Assembly (NCBI GenBank): GCA_965113315.1
Contig: OZ220363.1
From: Podarcis vaucheri
Taxonomy: Eukaryota
DNA: 64,000 nt
Reading direction: 5' to 3' (one strand)
Position 1 is the first letter of the stretch. Each line of letters starts with the position of its first letter. This document shows positions 1 through 10,084 of this stretch, piece by piece. A program made the position numbers and the translations under genes. Below the pieces are notes generated by a model. The model ran no database searches, was not told the DNA's origin, and was given only the letters and a program-made list of their open reading frames with translations.

Positions 1-183
1 AGTATTGCATCACCACATATTTTTATTTCAGTTGACTTTGTGGTATTCCTTACTGTTCCTGCTTTTCCAAAGTGGTGTACAATTTCAAGCACAGATTTAC
101 AATCACCACCACCACCAATCCAGAATGTGGATTTCTAGGGAACAGAACACACAAGGCCCTCCCACCCAAAACTGGATACTTAC

Positions 184-3100
184 AGGGCTATTTCCAAAGA
201 TTTCTACTCCTTTTGGCCAAGACGATGTCAGCAAGATGTCTACGCCTTTGAACTTAGAGGCAGACAGCAGGGAGGTTTTGAGATCAGTCACATCCTTGGT
301 GCTGAAGCAGTGGGCTGGCGTTGGTTCCCCCCCTGTGGACTCAGTCCCACTGAGGTAGGCAATCTGCAGCCCAGAGGCTCCGCTGAAGACCCCTTTACGT
401 CCTACATGCACAGCACAGAAGACAACGGTCAGGATGGAACCCTCTGACACACCAGCAACGTGCCTGAAGACTGAACACAATTAATTCTACAGGGAGAACC
501 AGAGAGATCCTAGTTGGGTGTATATGCTGGAATTCTGATTTGTTCAAGAGACAGGGAAGGAGCCTCTCTGCCTTGTGCTGGAAAGAACTTTTCCCTGGCC
601 AGTAAAAATCCCCAGTCTTTTCCCAGCCCCTGGTAGAGCCTGGCAGATGCCTGCTGTCAGGGGTTCAGGAGCAGAGGCGAGGGCAAGGGAGGAAACAGAG
701 AGCGAGGGGGAGGAGGCAGAAGAAAGGATGAGTGATGACGACGACCCGAGATCTCCGAGTCTTTCCAGTGAATCAGAAGATTCACAGAAAGGAGCACCAG
801 TGGCCAGGGCAAGGGGGGAGCCTAGGGGGACACCCCAGGAAGATAGAGCCAGAGGGGACTCAGAGGGGAGCAGTTGGAGATCGGGACCAGCGTCACCAAC
901 AGAGAGCAGGGGAGAGGAAGGGGGCCAGGGATCAAGCGCTGGCAGCTCACAACAGGAGGGAGGGCACGAGTCAGGAGTGGCCACACCTCCATCGGGGAGC
1001 GAAGAAACGGTCAGGCGGAGAGTGGGAGGTTGGGCGCGCGCGCCAAGTTCAAATGCACAGGAAGGTGGCGCAGTAAGCAGCCCAGAAAGGGAGCCAGGTC
1101 CTAAAGCCCGGCGCAAGGAGACAGGAGGGTCCGGGGGGTCAGCGTCGGAGGAGTCCCGGAGGGAGGAGACCCCGGGGGGCAGAGGGACCCAGAGGAGAAC
1201 AGTCAGGCGGAAAAGGTGGAGCAGGGCTAGGATATTAAGTTGGTGCGCAAGGGGCGGAGACTCAGACGGAGCTTCGCCGATTTAAGCATAAGACGTAGGG
1301 TTGCACGCAGCAGCTCGAGAATGGAGACTGTAACTCAATAAAGACTTTTATTTAACGATCGCTGGCTAGCGTGATCCTCTGTGAGCTAGGATCTGGAAGT
1401 AACCCTGACAGTAAGCTCCGTCTCTTCAAATTGTGGGCATCCACGGCCTCGCGGAGAGGAGAGAAAGCGGGTGCCTACAAGAGAGCTCACGAACGGCAGA
1501 CAATATGACGGCCGAACAGCAAATAACGGAACTCAGAGAAGCAGTTTCACGACTGAATGCCGAGGCGGTGGCGTCCAGGAAGAGAGAGGAGGAAGCAGCT
1601 GCCGCCTACAGGGATCTCCAGGTCAGGTTGGACGTGCTTACGAAGCAAGGGCAACAGACACCCAAATCAGAGGGGATTGGGTTGGGGAGACGCACAGGCG
1701 GTCTGGTCTCGCACTTTGATGGGAATTTGCAACAGTACCCCAACTTTAGAGCAGACGTAATGTGTGCACTGCAACTACTGCACAAAGACTTTAGAGATGA
1801 ACAAGAGAAGGTGGGGTTCATCATGTCCCATTTGCATGGAGACGCAAAAGCATGGCTGCGCAATTTGTGGAGAGATAAGGATCCTGCGCTCCAAAATGCG
1901 GACGCCTTTATTAAAGCGATGGATGGCTGTTTTTTATCAAGCATTGACGTGGATCTTGCCCGAAAGGAGGTGCATGGACTAAGGCAAGGGAGGGCCAGCG
2001 TAAGGCAGTATCATGCCCGCTTTTTCGCTTTGGTCAGTGCCCTGGAATGGGACAGAGATTCGGCTCCTGTCAGAGACCTTTTTTGGGAGGGCTTGCACAA
2101 CTCGGTTAAAGATGAGATTGCGAGGGGGGAGAGACCCCGGACCACGCAGGAGATCGTTCAGAGGGCGCTGGCGGTGGGGGTGCGGCTGGAAGAACGTCCG
2201 TGGAGCAGGGACGAAGGGCGCAGCGGGCGCGAACCACCCAGGGGCTCCTCCTTCCTTCCCAGAGAAGCAGCGCGTGCGCAATCCACGCCTCCAACAGGGG
2301 GAGGGGTGGAACCGATGGAGGTTGGGAGTGCAAGGGCTCAGTCAGCAGCCAGAGCCCTAGCACCGGCAGCAGTGAAAGCGAAGCCTCCTAGAGGGAACAG
2401 GAAGTGTTATATCTGCGAGGATCCAGGGCATATGGCGAAAGAGTGTCCCCGGAGGCTCCACAAGCACACTGCAGCCTCAGCAATGGTGACTGCAGCACCG
2501 CAGCACGGAGAACCACAGCAGGGAAACGACGATGTCTGGCTGGAGGAAGAGGCACTGGGGCCCAGCCAGACGTGTCAGTGAAGCAGTCCCCAGAGATTTT
2601 ACCGCCCATGGACCCCCTTCCGCCCAAGCCAGTAGTGAGGCTCACCGCATCGCTCCAGCTACCCAATGGAATCACCATGGACGTGCCAATCACCGTCGAC
2701 TCGGGAAGCAATGCAGACTTCATAGGGCAGGACTTTGTCGACTGGCACGCTATACAGTTGCTGCCTGCCACGCTGCCCCTGCAGGTTGTCACGGTGGATG
2801 GCAGGGAGCTGTTAGGGGGGCAAGTGGTGAAGCAGACGCCACCTATGGTGCTGCGGCTTGGAAATCACAGGGAAATCATCAGCTTCAACGTCACTCAACT
2901 CTCGGACACGCCTATTGTATTGGGCATGAGTTGGCTGGACAAGCACAGCCCGGCGCTGGCTTGGTACCAGAGGCAGCTGACCTTCGGCTCTTCCTTTTGT
3001 GCTGAACACTGCATCATGCCCCGGCAGGAAGGGGAGCAAGAGGAGTCACAGCTGCTGCTAGGCACGCTACAAGCGATTCCCCACAAGTACGCAGAATTTT

Positions 3101-6100
3101 TGGAGGTTTTCTGCGAGAAGGAGGCAGACAAGCTACCCCCCCACAGACCATATGACTGCAAAATTGACCTGCTGCCGGGGGCGCCGCTGCCCAAAGGGAA
3201 GCTGTATTCCATGTCTGAGGACGAACTGCAGGAACTCAAAGAGTTCATAGATCATAATTTGGAGCGCGGTTTCATCCGAGAGTCCCAGGCAGCGGGGGGC
3301 AGTCCTGTATTCTTTGTGAAGAAGCGAGACACGCCCCAAAAAAGACTCGTAGTGGACTACCGCATTTTGAACAGTGTGACCAAGCCATCGGACTTCCCCA
3401 TGCCCCGAATCGACGACCTCCTCGCAAAAGTACGCAAAGGCAGCGTGTTCACCAAGTTGGACCTGCGAGGGGCGTACAACCTCATTCGCATGCGGGAAGG
3501 AGATGAGTGGAAGACAGCCATGTTCACGCCCCTGGGCACCTACGAATATAGGGTTATGCCTTTTGGATTGCAAAATGGCTCCCACGTTTTTCAAGCTTTC
3601 ATGCATCACGTGTTGGCGGGGCTCCTCTACAAAACGTGCGTCTGTTTCTTGGATGACATCCTGATCTTTTCGGAATCGCAGCAGGAGCATGACAGACACG
3701 TGAGGGAAGTGCTGAGCAGGCTACAGCAACATAGGCTTTACGCCAAGCTGGAGAAGTGCCAATTCGACGTGACGGAGGTGGATTTCCTGGGCTACAAGTT
3801 GTCTGACAAGGGGCTCGCCATGGACAGCGCCAAGGTTCGAGCGGTGTTGGATTGGAAAAGCCCACGCAACCGGAAGGAGGTCCAACGGTTTGTCGGCTTC
3901 GCGAACTTCTATCGCAAGTTCATCAAAGGCTTCGCTATGCAGACAGCGGCCATCACGGACACGCTCAGTTCCAAGAAAAAGAAGTTCATCTGGACAGCAC
4001 AGGCGGAGCAGTCCTTTCAGGCACTCAAGCGTCTTTTCGCGTCGGAGGAACAGCTGCTTCATGTCGACCCCAGCAGGCCGATGAGAGTTGAAACAGACGC
4101 CTCGGACAGGGCCGTCGGAGCAGTCCTGCTGCAGAAGGACCCGCAGGGGGTTTGGAGGCCCAGAGCGTTTTACTCCAGGAAGCTCAGCAAGTCCGAACAG
4201 AACTACACCATCTGGGACAGGGAGTTGCTGGCTATTCATGCAGCGTTCAAAGCATGGAGGCACTTCCTGATTGGAGCCAAGCACACGGTGCAGGTCTGCA
4301 CGGACCACAAGAATCTGGAGCACTGGCGCACGGCACAGTTCCTGAACCAGAGGCAGATACGTTGGGCTGAGTTCTTTGCGAACTTCGATTTCCGAATAGA
4401 GTATGTCCCGGGGGACACCAACATCATGGCGGACGCGCTCTCCCGTAAGCCACAGTATCTGGAGGACGCCACGCCAGCGGCCGCCATGCACATCTTCGCA
4501 CCAACAGTGTGGGCGTGCGCTGCGGCGACAGTGGACCTGGAGGCGGTGCGACGAGCGTTGCAGAATGACTCCTTCACGCAAGCAAAGATGGCAGAGATGC
4601 AAAGGGGCACGGCAGCAACCGACGGGTTCCAGCTGAGAGATGGATTGCTCATCCGCAAAGGGGCCATCTACGTGCCGGGAGACGAACTTCGCGCCAAGGT
4701 ACTGCATCAGCTGCACGACGCGCCCACTGCCGGGCACTTTGGCAAGGAGAAGACGGTGGAATTAGTCGCCAGGGATTTCTGGTGGCCCGGAATGAGAGGG
4801 GAGGTCGCGGACTACGTGGCGAGGTGCGACACCTGCCAGAGGGCCAAACCAGTGCACAGACCGCCGGCCGGACTGTTGGAACCGCTGCAAACTCCGGTCG
4901 AGCCATGGGAGAGAGTCGCCCTGGACTTCGTCACGGATCTGCCCAGCTCGAGGGGCAAGACGGCCGTGCTGGTGGTGGTGGACTTGTTCTCCAAGATGGC
5001 ACATTTCATCCCGTGTGCGAAGGTGGCCACGGCGGAACAAACCGCCAAACTGCTCATAGACCACGTGTTCAAGGTTCACGGGCTGCCACGGTCTATTCTG
5101 TCCGACCGCGGGCGGCAGTTCATCTCGAATTTCTGGCAGAAGCTGATGGGCTTCCTAAACGTCAAGATCAACCTGGCGTCGGCGAGACACCCGCAGACCA
5201 ACGGGCAAGCGGAGCGGGTCAATGCCATCATGCAGCAGTACCTGAGATGCTATGCGAATCAACAGCCGGCGACGTGGGTGGATTACCTGCCGCTCGCCGA
5301 GTTCGCCTACAACAACACGAAGCACGTGTCCACGGGGGTCACGCCGTTCTTCGCCAACAACGGGAGGCACCCCAGAACCTTCCCGTGACTGGAAAGAATG
5401 GGGGAGGGGGAGCCGCAGACAGCAGATGCGTTCGCGTCGGAGTTGCAGGAGGTCCACGATCAGCTGCGGCGGCACCTGGAGCTGGCCAAACACGCATACA
5501 AGGTGCAGGCAGACAAACACAGAAGGGTTGGCGAAGAGATCCATGTGGGAGACTGGGTCTGGTTAGCAGCCCACGCAGTGCCGGCCAGGTCGTTGGCCAA
5601 GAAGAAACTAGGGCATAAGCAACTGGGGCCCTACCAAGTCGAAGAGCAGGTCAACCCGGTGGCTTTCAGGCTGGCGCTTCCGGAGGGTTCCAGAATGCAT
5701 CCGGTGTTCCACAGATCGGTGCTCACTCCCTACAAGGCACCGCACAGGTTTCAGGAACCCGGAACGGCGCCGAGTCCGCTCCGAGAGGGAACCAGGCAAC
5801 GGGGAGTGGCACAGGAGGTGCGCCTCAACGAAGTCACGGAGATTTTGGACTCCAGATGGGGGGAAGAGGGGGTAGAATACCTTCTCGCTAAGGAGGGCAC
5901 CCTGGCCAGTGCCAACAGCTGGGTGCCGGGCTACGCTTTAGATGAACCTCTGCTCAAGGAAGAGTTTCATGCCCTCTTCCCCCATAGGCCAATGCCAGCG
6001 GACTTTTTCGACGACTGGCTTTTCACGCCCACGCTTTCAACCAGCACGTTCCGGGGGTTCGACTCGGATGAGGAACCGACACGAGACGCCCGTTCCCCGG

Positions 6101-9100
6101 AGGGGTCACCCTTGGGATCTGCTTCAGAACCCTCGTATTGGTGGGATGATCGACCAGAGGAGCAGTGGCGCAGAAAGTGGCTGGAGGGTCCAGGACGAGC
6201 AACGCCTCCAGAAGGAAGCGAGGGAGAGATGGACATGGACGTTTTCGGGGACGACCAGGGTTTCGAGCACGGCGGCACAGAGATGGAAGCAGAGGTGACC
6301 GTCGTCGACGAGAGCAGGGAGGAAGAATCGGAAGACTTCGGATGGAGGCCCGCCACGGGAAGCGAACTGTACCCGACATTCGTCCCCTTGACACTGCAGC
6401 ACCCAGTTCCCGCACCGGAAGGAGGGGAGGGGGGAAGAGGGGGCTTCGAGGGGGGGATGGATGTCAGGGGTTCAGGAGCAGAGGCGAGGGCAAGGGAGGA
6501 AACAGAGAGCGAGGGGGAGGAGGCAAAAGAAAGGATGAGTGATGACGACGACCCGAGATCTCCGAGTCTTTCCAGTGAATCAGAAGATTCACAAAAAGGA
6601 GCACCAGTGGCCAGGGCAAGGGGGGAGACTAGGGGGACACCCCAGGAAGATAGAGCCAGAGGGGACTCAGAGGGGAGCAGTTGGAGATCGGGACCAGCGT
6701 CACCGCCAGAGAGTAGGAAAGAGGAAGAGCGCCAGGGATCAAGCGCTGGCAGCTCGCAACAGGAGGGAGGGCACGAGTCAGGAGTGGCCACACCTTCATC
6801 GGGGAGCGAAGTGACGGTTAGACGGAAAGTGGAAGGTTGGGCGCGCGCGCCAAGTTCAAATGCACAGGAAGGTGGCGCAGTAGGCAGCCCGGAAAGGGAG
6901 CCAGGTCCTAAAGCCCGGCGCAAGGAGACAGGAGAGTCAGGAGGGTCAGCGTCAGAAGAATCCCGGAAGGAAGAGACCCAGGGGGGCAGAGGGACCCAGA
7001 GGAGAACTGTCAGGCGGAAAAGGTGGAGCAGGGCTAGGATATTAAGTTGGTGCGCAAGGGGCGGAGACTCAGACGGAGCTTCGCCGATTTAAGCATAAGA
7101 CGTAGGGTTGCACGCAGCAGCTCGAGAATGGAGACTGTAACTCAATAAAGACTTTAACGATCGCTGGCTAGCGTGATCCTCTGTGAGCTAGGATCTGGAA
7201 GTAACCCTGACACCTGCATTATGACCCATTCAATTCATGGGTCAGGTAGCTTGGCATGGAGTGGGGTGGGGGCTGAGTGAACAGGGGGAGAAACCTTGGG
7301 GAGCCCCACACCATCACCTTCTTGGGAGCATTGAGAGAGGCCAGAGGAGCACCATCCCTCTCCTCCAAACAAGAAGGCTGAAGATCAAAAATCTTTGTTC
7401 TCCACCAAAGAAGGGGCAGGTGGCAGCCGTGCTCCCAAGCCCAGACCCCAGCAAGGAAGGACCCAAGTGAGAAATCTCATTTGGCACAGTAACTTCCCAT
7501 TTGGAAAAAGAAACAATTTCTGGTGGGGATCAGATAAAATCCACACCCTGCTAGTTTGAAGGAAATACAAAATATGGTTCCCACAGAGCCCTAAATTGGG
7601 GCCTCAAACCATGCCTGAGTCCCAAGAGCAGTCAGCTCCTCCTCCCCTCGTCAGCTTTTAGGTGCAAGCCTGAAACCTTTCTATTTGCCGGGGCTTTGGT
7701 GGTTCTTCACCTCTATTGTGGTGCTCATCTTTTAGTGGGCATGGGGAGGGATCGTCCTTTTTATTGGATTGTTGGACGAACAGTTTTAGGATTCTGTATG
7801 GTACATCATTTTAAATTTGGCTTTTAACTGATTTATCTCTCTGTATCTCTCTGTGGTCTAAACCGCAGAGCCTAGAGCTTGCCAATCAGAAGGTCGGCAG
7901 TTCGAATCCCCGTGACAGGGTGAGCTCCCGTTGTTCGGTCCCAGCTCCTGCTCCCCTAGCAGTTTGAAAGCACGTCAAGTGCAAGTAGATAAATAGGTAC
8001 TGCTCTGGCAGGAAGGTAAACGGTGTTTCCATGTGCTGCTCTGGTTTGCCAGAAGTGGCTTAGCCACATGACCCTGAAGCTGTCTGCGGACAAACGCCGG
8101 CTCCCTCGGCCTATAGAGCGAGATGAGCGTGGAACCCCAGAGTCATCCGCGACTGGACCTAACGGTCAAGGGTAACTTTACCTTTATTTTTTTAAGAAGC
8201 TACTCTCAGACATTTTCCTCTTTCCTTTTAATTAAATGTAGTAAACAATAAGCATAAAGTTACCCAGGTAAGTGATGTTCTCCGCTAGTTCGCATCCGCT
8301 GGCATCTGGAAAACATTGTGCTGTTTCACTGTTGTTGGCACCCAAGACGTATGTCTGTATAGGAGCTGAGGGAGACAAAGCCACCATGGCCCAAATGAGA
8401 TGAACTTTGCAGAGCTGTTATTTCTCAGTGGTGGCACCTGCCCTGTGGAACGCCCTCCCATCAGATGTCAAAGAAATAAGCAACCATCTGACGTTTAGAA
8501 GACATCTGAAGGCAGCCCTGCTTAGGGAAGTTTTTAATGACTGATGTTTTAATGTATTTTTAATCTTTTGTTAGAAGCTGCCCAGAGTGGCTGGGGAATG
8601 TTGGCTTTTTGCAGTATGGTAACGCTACAGAGAGCTTGCTGGGGAGACCATGCATTAAAAAGGGACTCAAAAATAACTTAAAGAAGGTTTTAATAAGAAA
8701 AACAAAAACTCCATTTACACTAAATACATCAACAAACCAGACCCAACCACCAACCCATCCCCCAGGGTAATGGGAGAGCTAGGTGCTGCTCCTTATATAC
8801 TATACCCAATTGCTGACACAGCCTAATCAACACAACTCAGCAGCACCTGCTATGTTTCACTGCTGTAAAGCTGGGTCTCGTTATTGTGCTCTGGCCCCTT
8901 AAAGACATACACGTGGAGTGGAACAATGATGAACCTTTACATTTAAAGAAACCATTCAACAGGGAAATGCAGCCAGATGGATGGGGTATAAATTAATTAA
9001 TTATTATTATTATTTCTTTCTCCACAGACAATTCATTTCAGAGAAAGTGCTGGCTTTTGAAAAAGATATGACTGGGCACTGTGGTGTAGGTTAGAAAGAG

Positions 9101-9953
9101 AGTGAGCTTCCTACGTAGAAAGGGGTCCTTCACAGGGAGAACGATGCAGATGTGTGACCCCACAGTGAAAGTCTGAAGGGCTGCAGCCCAGACACAGATG
9201 GAAAACAGCCTGAGGTGAGGGAGAGGGGCTTGGAGTCAGGGTTTGAAACGCCCATTGTTCTGGGCGCATTTTGTGAAAGGCAATTTCATTAGCACGAGCA
9301 GCTTCTGAGCTCTGGGTGCAGGAGTGTGCCTGCGATTTCAGATTAAAACTACAGAGTGGAAGGATAGGAGGACCCTTTTCTGGCCCCACTTCCAGCCACC
9401 CTCTGAAGCCTGGAGAAGGGACCCTCATAAGAATCTTAGGGGGGCGGGCAGGGGAAGCATGGCGTTGTTTTTGTTCATTCATTTTCAGCTTTGCATCAGC
9501 CCCCCGTTCTCCTGTCTCCTGCAGCCGCCTCGCCCTACCTTTCTTGGCTCCTGTCCGGTACGCCTCCCATTCTGGGTCGTGGGCCGAGCCAAAGAAGTTC
9601 CCCGCGCACAGGAGGAGCTGCAAGAGAAGACCGGGGGAGACGGTCAGGAGGAGGCGGCCCCGGGGGAGACGCGGCGGAGGCGGCGAGGGGAAGGGGCGCC
9701 CTTACGTCGAAGGCGCCGCTCTTGCTCTGCGCCGCCTGGACGCGGCTGTACAGGGAGCCCAGGCGACCCTCCACGTCCCCGCAGACCAGCCTGCAGAGAG
9801 GGGGAGAGAGAGAGAGAGAGAGAGGAGGCGCGTCAGGCGGGCGGAGGGAGGCGGCCTGGGCCGGGAGCCCCGAGGAAGAGGAGGGGGGGAGGCCGGCGGG
9901 GAGGGGGGGGGCCCGCCCGGGACTCACACTCTCAGGGCGCCTCCGGCCGCCAT
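184..9953 (-). CDS. CWF19L1: CWF19-like protein 1, coding exons 1-5 (gene continues off the left edge)
   Basis: Minus-strand GT-AG exons 9928-9953, 9706-9790, 9539-9617, 8264-8365 and 184-401 splice in frame. They give [19 protein letters not shown]...[14 protein letters not shown]...[12 protein letters not shown]...[29 protein letters not shown]...[14 protein letters not shown], which matches the recalled metallophosphoesterase-like N-terminus of CWF19L1. Confidence 0.95.
655..1410 (+). repeat. Gypsy 5' LTR (756 bp); U3 about 655-1263, R starting near 1264
   Basis: TATA-like TATTAA at 1233-1238, Inr-like TCAG with +1 near 1264, and AATAAA at 1337-1342. About 96% identical to the 3' LTR by manual count. 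Confidence 0.93.
1505..2581 (+). CDS. gag: Gypsy Gag (capsid domain plus CCHC zinc knuckle)
   Basis: ATG at 1505, N-terminal coiled coil, capsid-like segment (FDG...[16 protein letters not shown]...[15 protein letters not shown]...FWEGL), EPMEVG motif, and the knuckle [14 protein letters not shown]. Confidence 0.92.
   Translation: MTAEQQITELREAVSRLNAEAVASRKREEEAAAAYRDLQVRLDVLTKQGQQTPKSEGIGLGRRTGGLVSHFDGNLQQYPNFRADVMCALQLLHKDFRDEQEKVGFIMSHLHGDAKAWLRNLWRDKDPALQNADAFIKAMDGCFLSSIDVDLARKEVHGLRQGRASVRQYHARFFALVSALEWDRDSAPVRDLFWEGLHNSVKDEIARGERPRTTQEIVQRALAVGVRLEERPWSRDEGRSGREPPRGSSFLPREAARAQSTPPTGGGVEPMEVGSARAQSAARALAPAAVKAKPPRGNRKCYICEDPGHMAKECPRRLHKHTAASAMVTAAPQHGEPQQGNDDVWLEEEALGPSQTCQ
2521..2580 (+). 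promoter_or_regulatory. -1 programmed ribosomal frameshift signal (G GGA AAC plus H-type pseudoknot)
   Basis: The heptamer at 2521-2527 is correctly phased to gag codons, and pol is in the -1 frame. Stem 1 is GTCTGGCTGG 2534-2543 with CCAGCCAGAC 2562-2571. Stem 2 is CACTG 2553-2557 with CAGTG 2576-2580. Confidence 0.8.
2527..7092 (+). CDS. pol: Gypsy Pol (PR-RT-RNase H-IN-chromodomain-long tail) with one in-frame TGA at 5386-5388
   Basis: Protease VDSGSNADF; [18 protein letters not shown] and FLDD; RNase H ETDASD and ELLA; [17 protein letters not shown] and [12 protein letters not shown]; GPY module. ORFs 2404-5388 and 5398-7092 are in the same frame. Confidence 0.93.
6462..7212 (+). repeat. 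Gypsy 3' LTR (751 bp)
   Basis: Direct repeat of 655-1410. It follows the PPT, ends CCCTGACA and is followed by the TSD. Confidence 0.95.
7853..8186 (+). mobile_element. Sauria SINE (Squam1-type)
   Basis: tRNA-like B box (CAGTTCGAATCC), typical body (GTGAGCTCCCGTTG...GCAAGTAGATAAATAGGTAC) and a CTTTACCTTT tail. Confidence 0.85.
8420..9015 (+). mobile_element. L2-type LINE 3' fragment, interrupted by a solo LTR
   Basis: Same 3' end as the other L2 copies in the window (TGGAACGCCCTCCCATCAGATGTC...CCAGATGGATGGGGTATAAAT plus an ATT tail). Confidence 0.75.
8599..8961 (-). mobile_element. Solo LTR (363 bp)
   Basis: TGTTG...CAACA termini with TSD GGGAA at 8594-8598 and 8962-8966. The minus strand has TATATAA near 8797 followed by ATTAAA near 8690. 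Confidence 0.8.
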
Positions 9954-10084
9954 CGCTCTCCCGCGCGCTTCCTCTTCCGGCGGAAGGGCCCTTCCGGCGG
10001 GGGCGCCCAAAGTCCTCCGGGGCGGGAGGCGCTTCTGCGCAGGCGCCTCCCCAGAGCGAGCGAGAGCAGGAAGGAGGCAGCGCC
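9954..10084. promoter_or_regulatory. Bidirectional CpG-island promoter for CWF19L1 and ERLIN1
   Basis: There are 131 nt between the divergent ATGs. ETS/GABP-type sites CTTCCGG/CGGAAG lie at 9974-9986 and 9991-9997, inside a CpG island of about 9500-10750. Confidence 0.75.

Larger units (their letters stand above)
655..7212 (+). mobile_element. Full-length Ty3/Gypsy LTR retrotransposon (sushi/Tf1-like chromovirus) in CWF19L1 intron 4, antisense to the host gene
   Basis: LTRs at 655-1410 and 6462-7212 have TGTCAGGG...CCCTGACA termini. The 5-bp TSD CCTGC is at 650-654 and 7213-7217. The PPT GAGGGGGGGATGGA is at 6448-6461. Domain order is gag, PR, RT, RH, IN, chromodomain. Confidence 0.97.

Noticed and set aside
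5967-6923. 318-aa antisense ORF in the Gypsy 3' region (and 544-1116)
   Set aside because: Most simply a codon-aligned shadow of the plus-strand low-complexity ORF, with no ATG start or recognisable domain.
5398-7092. Third ORF interpreted as env
   Set aside because: It is in frame with pol, begins with the integrase GPY module and has no signal peptide or transmembrane segment.
655-7212. Domesticated PEG10/RTL-like host gene
   Set aside because: Paired LTRs, a TSD, a PPT and a full RT/IN indicate a recent transposon insertion.
1-9953. Intronic snoRNA in CWF19L1
   Set aside because: No convincing H/ACA or C/D structure could be identified by eye in the introns present.
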